Positions 50,071 to 59,508 of a stretch of DNA of 64,000 bases are shown here, piece after piece. A program made the translations under genes and the position numbers. This DNA is from Clostridia bacterium (GTDB lineage Bacteria; Bacillota; Clostridia; Oscillospirales; CAG-272): assembly GCA_017451485.1 (NCBI GenBank), contig JAFTOG010000046.1, positions 3,630 to 67,629 on the forward strand. Direction: 5' to 3'. The first letter of the stretch is position 1; every line of letters begins with the position of its first letter. The notes below the pieces were generated by a model. The model saw nothing but the letters and a program-made list of their open reading frames with translations, did not search any database and was not told where the DNA came from.

Positions 50071-51051
50071 TTATGCTTCGATTTCATTTTCACAGTCCTT
50101 TCCACTTGCCAGGAGCATAATATTTTTTACAGTTGTTTCTGCAATATTATTGAGTGCCTCCTCTGTCAAATATGCCTGATGAGAGGTGACAATAACATTA
50201 GGCATGGAAATAAGCCTTGCAAGAATATCATCCTCTACAATATGTCCGGAAAAATCCTCGAAGAACAGCTCTGACTCCTCCTCGTAAACATCAAGACATG
50301 CGGCACCGATTTTACGGGATTTAATACCATCAATAAGATGCTCTGTGTTTATAAGGGCTCCACGGGATGTGTTAATAATCGTAACACCGGTTTTCATCAT
50401 AGCTATAGATTTGTTATTTATCAAATGATGGGTTTCCTCAGTTAAGGGACAATGAAGAGAAATAATGTCACTTTTCTTAAATAATTCATCTATTTCAACA
50501 TATTTTATACTGCTAAAATAGGTGCATATCTTATCATATGCTAATATATTCATATTAAATCCGTGGCAAATGTCGGAAAAAGCCTTGCCGATTTTACCCA
50601 TTCCAACTATACCAACGGTTTTTCCGTTAAGGTCAAAGCCCTTAAGACCGTTGAGGCTGAAGTTAAAATCCTTTGTCCTTATAAAAGCTTTGTGTATTCT
50701 GCGTACGGAGCACAACAGCATTGCCATAGCGTGCTCAGCAATGGAATAAGGTGAGTAGGCGGGAACTCTTGCGATTTTGATTTTCCCCTTTGCATATTTA
50801 ATGTCAATGTTATTATATCCGGCACATCTCATTACTATAAACCTCACTCCGTATTTCACAAGTTCGTCTATAACTATCTTGCTGATGTTATCGTTTACAA
50901 ATGCACATACTCCGTCACTTCCCTTTGCAAGCTCTACTGTGTCACAGGTTAGCTTGGTTTCATAATATTTTAAGCTTATATCTGTCCCTTTTGTATACAT
51001 ATCAAAGGATTGCTTGTCATATTGCTTTGCATCAAAAAATGCTATTTTCAT
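50071..51051 (-). CDS. ldhA: D-lactate / D-2-hydroxyacid dehydrogenase (copy 2)
   Basis: Same motifs as copy 1; near-identical C-terminal block GAACLDVYEEES..FFEDFSGHI.EDDILARLISMPNVIVTSHQA. Confidence 0.88.
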   Translation of the reverse strand: MKIAFFDAKQYDKQSFDMYTKGTDISLKYYETKLTCDTVELAKGSDGVCAFVNDNISKIVIDELVKYGVRFIVMRCAGYNNIDIKYAKGKIKIARVPAYSPYSIAEHAMAMLLCSVRRIHKAFIRTKDFNFSLNGLKGFDLNGKTVGIVGMGKIGKAFSDICHGFNMNILAYDKICTYFSSIKYVEIDELFKKSDIISLHCPLTEETHHLINNKSIAMMKTGVTIINTSRGALINTEHLIDGIKSRKIGAACLDVYEEESELFFEDFSGHIVEDDILARLISMPNVIVTSHQAYLTEEALNNIAETTVKNIMLLASGKDCENEIEA

Positions 51052-51167
51052 TGTTTATACCTCCTAAAAGGAGTATTCCATTAAGTAAAAAAATAATGCA
51101 CTATATATTATTTACATGGCAATACTTATTTTTTTTAGGCATAAGATATTATTGTAATTATTTTCGC

Positions 51168-51196
51168 TTGACAAAACATATAAAAAGTAGTATAAT
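51168..51196 (+). promoter_or_regulatory. Consensus sigma-A promoter
   Basis: Exact TTGACA-17-TATAAT upstream of the acidic lipoprotein. Confidence 0.85.
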
Positions 51197-51231
51197 CTAA
51201 TTACCAAATAAATTTTATAAGGAGATTTATC

Positions 51232-51696
51232 ATGAAAAAAATTATTTCAATGGCACTCGTAGTTTTGATGCTCGTTGGCTCCATGCTTACATTGGTTGCA
51301 TGTGCAGGCATCCCCTCTGACTACAAGGATGCAAAGGCTAACCTTGAGGATAAAGATTACGAGGTTGAGGTTCAGACAAACGATACAGTTATCAACGCTA
51401 CATTGGCTATGCTGTTCGGTGCTGATGAGGTTAATGCAGATGCTCTCATTGAAGCTGAAAACGAAGATGAAGACGGTATCATTCTTGTATACTGTGAGGA
51501 TTCTGATTCTGCTAAGGCACTTGAGGATACTTACAGTGAATTCGTAGAAGAAACATTGGACGCTTTGGAAGAGTACTACGGCAAGGATTCCGACGAGTAT
51601 GCGGAAGCTGCTGAAGAGCTTGAGAAGATGGAGCACGGTGTAAGCGGCAAGGTGTTCTACTTCGGTACAGAGCAGGCTATTAAGGATGTTAAGTAA
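51232..51696 (+). CDS. Acidic hypothetical lipoprotein
   Basis: Lipobox LVAC; very D/E-rich; strong RBS; followed by hairpin 51708-51738. Confidence 0.8.
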   Translation: MKKIISMALVVLMLVGSMLTLVACAGIPSDYKDAKANLEDKDYEVEVQTNDTVINATLAMLFGADEVNADALIEAENEDEDGIILVYCEDSDSAKALEDTYSEFVEETLDALEEYYGKDSDEYAEAAEELEKMEHGVSGKVFYFGTEQAIKDVK

Positions 51697-51749
51697 TTCC
51701 TAAATATAAAAAGGCGGGATTTGATCCCGTCTTTTTTATATTTCTTATT

Positions 51750-53342
51750 TCAAAATGATTTATAAGTGAAAAATTCAAAATCTGCATAGCATGCAGGCTC
51801 AACCTCACCACCGGAAAGGTCGTGACAGCACATTCCTATAAATGTGCCTGTGTGTCCCTCATGTCCAATGTCAACATATGCCTCGTCAGAAAGATTAGAG
51901 CAATCCAGCTCTCCACCTATGTCAATATAGTTAATACCGTCAAGAGAGTAGGAGTAGTGTAGAGTAAGCTCATCAATATTAACTCTTAGGTATACAGTTG
52001 TTGCATCTCCAATACTGATGCCCTTCATAAGAGGATTGTAGAATTTAAGGTTATCTCGGGCAAAAACACGAAGCACATTATTACCGTCATCTCCCAAGGA
52101 CATATAAAGGTAGAAGAAGTTATATGTATCATACATAACAGTAAGTCCTGCCATTTGTTGGAAGTTTTCAGGATGAAATTCCATTTTTGTAGTCACCTCT
52201 GCGTGGTGATGCTGTAATCTTCTTGCTACAAGTGCCTGTGTGTTCCAGGATGTAATAGAGTCTCTTCCGTAAAGTCTTAGGTATCTACGCCTTGCAGAAA
52301 GAGATCCGATTTTATGGTCGAAGGGGATTCGTAATGTCTTAAAAGCGTGAGGGAGTGTGGATAAATCGAAATTAACGGTATCGGGCTGAGTCGGATACAC
52401 GACCTCATCAAGATTGATGTCACACTCCACAGGGGGAGTTGTTCCACCGTTGGCAAGACGGAGCCATCCGTCGTCATCCCACACAACTCTCGCAATAGCA
52501 GTCTCTCTGCCTAAGATACATCTGCCCTTATCTGTAATTGGTCTTCCGCAAAGGTAGGGAACATACCATTCTCCGTTTTTGGTATCAACAAGGGAGCCGT
52601 GACCGGTACGCTGTAAAGGAGATGTGGGATCGTTACGCACTGTAAGGAGAGGAGTAGGATCATATTCGTAAGGACCAAGGAGATTCTTTGATCTTGCCAT
52701 TCTGATACCGTGATTATACATAGTACCACCCTCAGCAACCATAAGGTAATAGTATCCGTCCTTCTTGTACATATGCGGTGCCTCTGTGGCACCTATCTCC
52801 GTACCTCTGAAAATAACGGAGGGCTTTCCTATAAGCTTTTTTTCCTTCTCGGAGTATTCCTGGAGCATAATACCGGAGAAATCATGGTTTTCCATTCTGG
52901 AATCCCAACGCATATTAAGAAGATATTTTCTGCCATCGTCATCGTGGAACATAGACGGGTCAAATCCGCTGGAATTAAGATATACGGGCTCACTCCACTC
53001 ACCATAAAGGTCAGTAGTTGTGACAAGATAATTCGGAGTGTCCTTGAATATACCGTGAAAATTTTTTGTGTTTGTATAAATAAGATAGAAGGTTCCATTG
53101 GAATATGTAAGGCATGGACCCCATATACCTCCGGAATTAGGATCTCCCTTCATATCAAGCTGTGATACTCTGCGTAATGGGGATGGGAGCTCCTCCCAAT
53201 GGACGAGGTCTTTAGAATGATATAACTGAACTCCGGGGAACCATTGAAATGTGGAGGTTGCAAGGTAATAATCATCACCAACTCTGCAAATTGACGGATC
53301 CGGATGGAATCCCGGGATGATCGGATTAATAGCTTTTACCAT
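51750..53342 (-). CDS. xynB: GH43 beta-xylosidase/arabinofuranosidase with C-terminal beta-sandwich
   Basis: PGFHPDPSI, GFDPSMFHDDDG, TEAPH, AEGGT, LGRET. Confidence 0.9.
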   Translation of the reverse strand: MVKAINPIIPGFHPDPSICRVGDDYYLATSTFQWFPGVQLYHSKDLVHWEELPSPLRRVSQLDMKGDPNSGGIWGPCLTYSNGTFYLIYTNTKNFHGIFKDTPNYLVTTTDLYGEWSEPVYLNSSGFDPSMFHDDDGRKYLLNMRWDSRMENHDFSGIMLQEYSEKEKKLIGKPSVIFRGTEIGATEAPHMYKKDGYYYLMVAEGGTMYNHGIRMARSKNLLGPYEYDPTPLLTVRNDPTSPLQRTGHGSLVDTKNGEWYVPYLCGRPITDKGRCILGRETAIARVVWDDDGWLRLANGGTTPPVECDINLDEVVYPTQPDTVNFDLSTLPHAFKTLRIPFDHKIGSLSARRRYLRLYGRDSITSWNTQALVARRLQHHHAEVTTKMEFHPENFQQMAGLTVMYDTYNFFYLYMSLGDDGNNVLRVFARDNLKFYNPLMKGISIGDATTVYLRVNIDELTLHYSYSLDGINYIDIGGELDCSNLSDEAYVDIGHEGHTGTFIGMCCHDLSGGEVEPACYADFEFFTYKSF

Positions 53343-53525
53343 AATAATTCTCCTTTAATAATCTTTTTTTAATTATATCATTATTAGGATGTAAAATCAA
53401 TTACATTGTATTATTTTTGTAATTTAAGGCAAAATCTTATATTGACAAAAGAGAAATATAGATGTATCATTATTATGTAATTTGTAAAAATGTGGATTTA
53501 CCATTTTTGAAGGAGGTAAGAGAAT

Positions 53526-54497
53526 ATGAGCCTGAAGTCTGTATTACAGCAGAACAGCACAGAAAAGAAAAGTATATGCGATTCTGTTATTGGATTTAAT
53601 CCTATTTCCTTAGAAGACAGAGAGTTGTACAACTCTTACCTTTTTGCATCGGGAGAAAGAGGATGTGAAAATTCTTTTTCCAATGCTTATATGTGGGCAG
53701 AGCAGAGAATTGCCATTATTAAGGATAGTCTTGTTCGTCTTGCTCAATTTGGAGAATATGAATTTTATTCCTATCCCTTAGGTGACGGCAATAAATCCGA
53801 GGTAATAAAATCCATGGAAGAGGATGCCTGTGCCAGAGGCATAGCATTTACAATAGGCGGCATAACTCCGGAGCTTAAGGAGGAGCTGGAAAGAGAATTT
53901 CCCGGTAGGTATAAATACATCGAAAGGAGAAATTCCTTTGACTATGTGTATGAAATTGATGCACTTGCCACCCTTAGTGGAAAAAAATATCACAGTAAAA
54001 GAAACCATTGCTCCCGATTTGAAAAGGAACATCCGGATTATCATATAGAGGAGATTACCGAAAGTAATATTCACCTTTGTGTGGAAATGGTGGATAGCTG
54101 GTACCGGGAAAAGGAAATGAATAATCCGACTATTGATTACAGAGGGGAAAAAAGAGCTATAGAGTTGGCATTCAACAACTACAAGGAGCTGGATCTTGAG
54201 GGGGTTTTACTCCTTTGTGATGAAAAGGTAGTGGCGTTTGCTATGGGAAATAAAATGTCTTACAATACCTTTGATGTTAATTTTGAAAAGGCAGAAAACG
54301 GTATAAACGGAGCATATGCTGTAATTAACCGTGAATTTGCGTCGTTTATAAAAAATAAGCATCCCGAAATTAAATATCTTAACCGAGAGGAGGATATGGG
54401 TATAGAGGGATTACGTAAGGCAAAGGAGAGCTATTATCCACACCACATGGTAATAAAATACAGGGCAATGTTATCGGAGGATAGTGATGAAATTTGA
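53526..54497 (+). CDS. DUF2156 (aminoacyl-phosphatidylglycerol synthase-like, GNAT-fold) protein
   Basis: DYVY...LSGKKYHSKRNH, FEKA, NREEDMGIEGLRKAKESY; promoter TTGACA-17-TATCAT at 53442-53470. Confidence 0.88.
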   Translation: MSLKSVLQQNSTEKKSICDSVIGFNPISLEDRELYNSYLFASGERGCENSFSNAYMWAEQRIAIIKDSLVRLAQFGEYEFYSYPLGDGNKSEVIKSMEEDACARGIAFTIGGITPELKEELEREFPGRYKYIERRNSFDYVYEIDALATLSGKKYHSKRNHCSRFEKEHPDYHIEEITESNIHLCVEMVDSWYREKEMNNPTIDYRGEKRAIELAFNNYKELDLEGVLLLCDEKVVAFAMGNKMSYNTFDVNFEKAENGINGAYAVINREFASFIKNKHPEIKYLNREEDMGIEGLRKAKESYYPHHMVIKYRAMLSEDSDEI

Positions 54498-55248
54498 AAT
54501 GTCCTCGTCAAAGAGAATCCCTGAGCTTAAGACACTGTGGAAGGAAGCATTTAACGATACCGATGAATATATAGACAATTTTTTTGAAACAGCATACAGT
54601 GATAAAAGATGTATGATAGCTTCGGAAAATGATGAGGTCTGTGGTGTTATATATTGGTTTGATTGCAATTTTTTTAGCTACCGTATAGCATATTTTTATG
54701 CCATAGCCACTAAAAAAAGCTATAGAGGAATGGGAGTTTGCACTCGCCTTATGGATAATGCACATTCTTTTTTATCATCAAATGGTTATGATGCCGTCAT
54801 CCTTGTTCCGGGAGAAAGGTCTCTGTTCGATTTTTATAGGAATATGGGATATACCGTGGGGTCATATATAGACGAAATATCCGTAGAGGCAAAGGACGGC
54901 CCCTTGGATATTAGAGAAATAGACGGATACGAGTACTCAGAGCTGCGAAAAACCTACTTGCCGAAAAATGGTGTAATACAAGAAAATGAGAATATAAAAT
55001 ATCTCGAAAAGCAGGCAAAGCTGTACACAGGTGAGGACTTTTTACTTTCTTGCTATGTGGTTGACGATGTACTTATGGGAATTGAGCTTCTCGGAAATAC
55101 AGAAATTGCACCCAATATTGCTTCTGCCCTTGGATGTAGGAAAGGAAAAATTCGCACGGTGGGAGACAAAAAACCGTTTTCAATGTATTATAATCTTAAA
55201 AATCATACACTCCCAGCCGTATTTTATTTTGGTCTTGCCTTTGATTAA
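54484..55248 (+). CDS. GNAT-family acetyltransferase
   Basis: YAIAT..SYRGMGVCTRLM acetyl-CoA loop, LFDFYRNMGY. Confidence 0.88.
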   Translation: MMKFEMSSSKRIPELKTLWKEAFNDTDEYIDNFFETAYSDKRCMIASENDEVCGVIYWFDCNFFSYRIAYFYAIATKKSYRGMGVCTRLMDNAHSFLSSNGYDAVILVPGERSLFDFYRNMGYTVGSYIDEISVEAKDGPLDIREIDGYEYSELRKTYLPKNGVIQENENIKYLEKQAKLYTGEDFLLSCYVVDDVLMGIELLGNTEIAPNIASALGCRKGKIRTVGDKKPFSMYYNLKNHTLPAVFYFGLAFD

Positions 55249-55251
55249 TAA

Positions 55252-55290
55252 AAAAGCCATACCTTGTTATGCATGTAAGGTATGGCTTTT
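55252..55290. terminator. Bidirectional terminator
   Basis: aaaagccatacctt...aaggtatggctttt. Confidence 0.8.
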
Positions 55291-55291
55291 G

Positions 55292-56380
55292 TTATTTAGT
55301 TGTAAGGGATATGAATTCCTCATCATCCTTGATAAAGCTAAAGCAAGGTCGCTTAAAAATATTCAGCATAAGCTGTGTGTTTGTCTCGGTATAGTTTTTA
55401 GTACTGGATGAATGGTCCTCTGTGGCTGATGAAACAAATATACTTGTATAGTGCTCCACTATATTTGGCAGATGGTCGTACTTGTCTGCATGATATAGTG
55501 CTTTTTTTATGCTTTCAATGGTTTTGTCCCTATTGTTTAGCTTTGCATAGCATGTGGCAATTTGTGAGTATATACTTGATATTCTGCAATGGTAGAAAAG
55601 ATAGTTTTCATCGTATATAAGTGTTTTCCACATTTTCAGAGCTGTCTCACAGGCAAATATTTCCTCCTCCGGAGTCCGTCCTGCTGCAAGATGGATATTC
55701 ATACACAGACAATCCATAAATTGTAAATTGTTACTGTGCTTTTGCTTAAGAGCCTTTTTCTTTCCCTCATTTGTAAAATATGCGTGTTCAATAAGCATAT
55801 CACGGCATGTATAGAAGTCGCTTGTCATATTTGCGTATGCAACGGCCTTTTTCTCATTGGCAATAGACAGAGTGTAGTCCCCGTAGGTAAAAACAAGAAG
55901 CTGTAATGCACCGTTTCTTTCATTGTTATCGGTACAGTCACGGAGTATCCTCTCACAAAGAGAAATAACCTCCTTTGCATTCTCCTCACGGCAGCTCTCA
56001 AACTCTGAACCGGAATTCAGTGTGTCCCACAAAGCATAGGCAAGCTTAAGAAGACAGTGTGAATTACGGGGATATTTATATGATGCCTCTCTCCAAAGAG
56101 CAATTCTTTCAGACACATACCCGAGATGTGCAAGCTCAAGATCTCTTTTACGGTATTCCTCTACATCTGCATTTTGTGTATCCACATCATGATCAAAAAG
56201 CTCATCTATTGAGATACCGAAAAAATTAGCAATAGGTATAACGAGGGAAATGTCGGGCATTGCGTTATTGTTTTCCCACTTTGAAACAGATTGGTAGCTT
56301 ATATTAAGATATTCTGCCAGCTTTTCCTGAGTAACATCATTTTTTTGTCGCAGTGCTTTTATTTTTTCTCCGATTGTCAT
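55292..56380 (-). CDS. XRE-family HTH regulator with a TPR-like C-terminal region
   Basis: TQEKLAEYLNISYQSVSKWENN..MPDI HTH, followed by helical repeats. Confidence 0.88.
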   Translation of the reverse strand: MTIGEKIKALRQKNDVTQEKLAEYLNISYQSVSKWENNNAMPDISLVIPIANFFGISIDELFDHDVDTQNADVEEYRKRDLELAHLGYVSERIALWREASYKYPRNSHCLLKLAYALWDTLNSGSEFESCREENAKEVISLCERILRDCTDNNERNGALQLLVFTYGDYTLSIANEKKAVAYANMTSDFYTCRDMLIEHAYFTNEGKKKALKQKHSNNLQFMDCLCMNIHLAAGRTPEEEIFACETALKMWKTLIYDENYLFYHCRISSIYSQIATCYAKLNNRDKTIESIKKALYHADKYDHLPNIVEHYTSIFVSSATEDHSSSTKNYTETNTQLMLNIFKRPCFSFIKDDEEFISLTTK

Positions 56381-56619
56381 TATGCTCTCCTTTCATATAA
56401 AAGTCCCGATTTTACTGTATATGCATATTATAACAAAAATTTTTTAATAAATCAATAACCGAAAAGGCAAGTTCAACTCAACTGTAAGTTGCATTAAGCC
56501 TATGTCTGTCCTCTTTATTAGTATTGTAACCTAACCGTTAAAAATGCAAGAGAGCATAAAATAAAGAGCCCGATGTTGCACCGAGCTCATTATCATAATA
56601 TTTTTAACAGCGAATTGAA

Positions 56620-59361
56620 TTATCCTCTTTTCCATGCACGGGCTTTGTAGGTGTCCCTCAAATTTTTTGCATTATCGGTGGGATTTGTCACCGATATATC
56701 TGTTCCTTCCTCCGAGTAAATATCCTTGGAGGTATACCAGCCCACCTGATTTTCAAAGCTCACATAAGAAAGCATGGAGCATCCGTCAAATGCCTTAACT
56801 CCTATTGCGGACACATTACCCGGTATAATAATATTTTCAAGAGCTGTACAGTTCATAAACATATATCCACCAACGGATTCAAGATTTACGGGCAAGCTAA
56901 CGGTGGAAAGGGAAGAGCATCCGTAAAACACCGAGTTACCCATATTTGTTACACTGTCAGAAATATCTACGGATGAGAGAGATGTGCAATTACGGAATGC
57001 ACCAATATATACAGAGGTAACGCTGCTCGGTATAAAAATATCTTCAAGTGCTGTACATTCACAAAAGGCATAGCTACCGACAGATGTAGCTCCCTCTTGT
57101 ATAATTACCTTTGTTATATTTTTTTGACTGTAAAATGCATAATTGTATATGGAATATTCTTCATCACGGAAGCTTGTCGGGAGAATCAGCTCGGTATCAT
57201 TTCCTATGTAGCCGATAAGATAGCATTTGCCACCGTGCACCATAAACATATAATCGTTATCCGTAAAAATAATGCTTTCCTCATCTATAGATGTGTGTAT
57301 TATTTTTTCATGGCTGAAATACTGTGCTACATTAAGCTCGGACAGGTTATATACCTCTACGAGCTTGTGACATTCGGAAAAAGCTTCATAGCCAATGGAT
57401 GTAACGCTTTTGGGTATAACCATGCTTGTAAGTGAGATACAGCCGTAAAATGCATTTGTTCCAATGGATTTTATTCCGTTACCCATCACAACGGTTCTTA
57501 TGGTATCGCAACCGTAGAAAGCATTTTTACCTATAGTGCTTACGCTATCCGATATTACTACCTCTGTTAAGTAAGTGGAACCGTTGAAGGCATATTCTTC
57601 TATGACTTTGACCTCATTTGGAATAATAAATTTACTGTCTTTCTTTCCTGAGGCGTATTTTATAAGAGCTGATCTATCCTTGGTATACAAATTCCCGTTA
57701 ACTGAGCAATATGTGGGATTGGAATCATCCACATCTATGGATTTAATTGCATAACATCCGTAAAATGCGGAGCTGTCAATTGATTTTACCCCTGCGGGAA
57801 TACTTATTTTTTCAAGAGAGGAGCAACCGTAAAAGGCCTCACTCTGAATATAATTTACGCTATCACCCATTAAAATACTTGTGAGAGATGAACAGCCGTA
57901 AAAGGTATGCTGACTTATAACAATTATTCCGTTTACTGATATTTCGGAAAGAGAAGAGCAATTACGAAAGGCTTTTGCTCCAATAGATGATATATTCTCA
58001 GACATTGATATTTCCTCAAGGGAGGAGCAACCGTTAAATGCGTTTTCACCGATTGAGGTAACCTTATTGGGAATACAAATGCTCTTCAGAGCCTTACAGT
58101 TGGAGAATGAGTAATCTTCGATAGAGGTGATATTACTGGACAGAATTACACTCTTTAGTGATGAGCATTCAGAAAACAAGGATCCCCCCATTGTTGAAAC
58201 ACTGTCCGGAACAGTAATGGAATCAAGGGATGAACAACCGGAGAAGGCATTGCTTTCTATAACAGTCACCTTGTCGGGGATAACAATGCTTTTGAGTGAC
58301 GAACAGCCATAAAATGCAAAATTGCCAATGGATGTTATATTCGATGGCAGTGCTATATTTGTAATAGAAGAGCATCCTCTGAACATACCGTACCCTATGG
58401 AGGCTATATCCTTAGGGAGTCTTACATCGACAAGTGCTTTACATCCGTTAAATACAGCATCTCCAAGATATGTGACACTGTCGGGAACAGTTATATTTTT
58501 AACCGATGAGCATCCTGCAAAGGCATAGCTGTCTATTGATGTAACACCTGTATGTATATTTATGCTCGTAATATATCTGCAATTATAGAAGGCATAGGGC
58601 TTAATTTCCGTTATTCCCTCGGGTATAACAAGCTCAGTAAGCTGCTCCCCGTTTATAAGCAGTTTCCCCGTGTAGAACAATGGATTTGATTGTGATGAAG
58701 CAAAGGTTATTCCACACCATGCATCAAGACTGGCAATACCTACTTGTGAAATACTGAGACAGCCCGTAAACGCAAATGAGCCTATTCGTTTAATACTGGA
58801 TGGAAATGTAATAAATTTAAGACCTGTACAATTCTGGAATGCATAATCGCTTATGTACTTAAAGCCCTCCGGCAGAAAAAGATTTGTAATATTTCCACAT
58901 CCGGAAAATGCCTGAGAGGCGATCCCTACAGTATTTGTTCTCATTCCCACGGAGGATATGGCAGTCTCGCAACGAATTATCCAATTATCAACATATAGCA
59001 ATCCGTTTTCCTTTTCAATTATATTCAAGCAACCTGTAAAGGCAGAGCTACCGATGGATGTTATGGTATCGGGTATATCTATTGATGTGATTTGTGAGCA
59101 ATTTGCAAAGGCTGAATCTCCTATTGCAGTAACAGGCAGAGATTTGTACACGGATGGAATAACAAGCTCGGTGTCGGAGCATACTCCTATTCCGACAACA
59201 GTGTAAGACATAGTATCCTCATTAAGCTTAAATTCAAGTCCGTTTCCATCATTGGAAACAGGGGCAGCTGTGTCTGTAGCTCCGTCCCCACAGGAGTAAA
59301 GAAGCATAATAGCCACAGCACACAAAAGAGCTGTCAGCGTAGCAATAAGTATTCTTTTCAT
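56620..59361 (-). CDS. BspA-type leucine-rich-repeat lipoprotein
   Basis: Lipobox LYSC; many ~23-aa IP..VTSIG..AF.GC.SL units. Confidence 0.93.
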   Translation of the reverse strand: MKRILIATLTALLCAVAIMLLYSCGDGATDTAAPVSNDGNGLEFKLNEDTMSYTVVGIGVCSDTELVIPSVYKSLPVTAIGDSAFANCSQITSIDIPDTITSIGSSAFTGCLNIIEKENGLLYVDNWIIRCETAISSVGMRTNTVGIASQAFSGCGNITNLFLPEGFKYISDYAFQNCTGLKFITFPSSIKRIGSFAFTGCLSISQVGIASLDAWCGITFASSQSNPLFYTGKLLINGEQLTELVIPEGITEIKPYAFYNCRYITSINIHTGVTSIDSYAFAGCSSVKNITVPDSVTYLGDAVFNGCKALVDVRLPKDIASIGYGMFRGCSSITNIALPSNITSIGNFAFYGCSSLKSIVIPDKVTVIESNAFSGCSSLDSITVPDSVSTMGGSLFSECSSLKSVILSSNITSIEDYSFSNCKALKSICIPNKVTSIGENAFNGCSSLEEISMSENISSIGAKAFRNCSSLSEISVNGIIVISQHTFYGCSSLTSILMGDSVNYIQSEAFYGCSSLEKISIPAGVKSIDSSAFYGCYAIKSIDVDDSNPTYCSVNGNLYTKDRSALIKYASGKKDSKFIIPNEVKVIEEYAFNGSTYLTEVVISDSVSTIGKNAFYGCDTIRTVVMGNGIKSIGTNAFYGCISLTSMVIPKSVTSIGYEAFSECHKLVEVYNLSELNVAQYFSHEKIIHTSIDEESIIFTDNDYMFMVHGGKCYLIGYIGNDTELILPTSFRDEEYSIYNYAFYSQKNITKVIIQEGATSVGSYAFCECTALEDIFIPSSVTSVYIGAFRNCTSLSSVDISDSVTNMGNSVFYGCSSLSTVSLPVNLESVGGYMFMNCTALENIIIPGNVSAIGVKAFDGCSMLSYVSFENQVGWYTSKDIYSEEGTDISVTNPTDNAKNLRDTYKARAWKRG

Positions 59362-59433
59362 GGCAACCTCCAATTTTATCCTTTTACTATAATAACAATT
59401 TTTGACATAGGGAGGTTACATACAGCATTACAG

Positions 59434-59500
59434 GTATAAAAAACACACTCATAGTGAGGGAGAACAGTGCTTCTTCCTTTCAAGAGTGTGTTTTTATACT
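59434..59500 (-). terminator. Long-stem hairpin with a large loop, downstream of the DUF6259-like gene
   Basis: gtataaaaaacacactc...gagtgtgtttttatac. Confidence 0.6.
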
Positions 59501-59508
59501 GTTAAATT

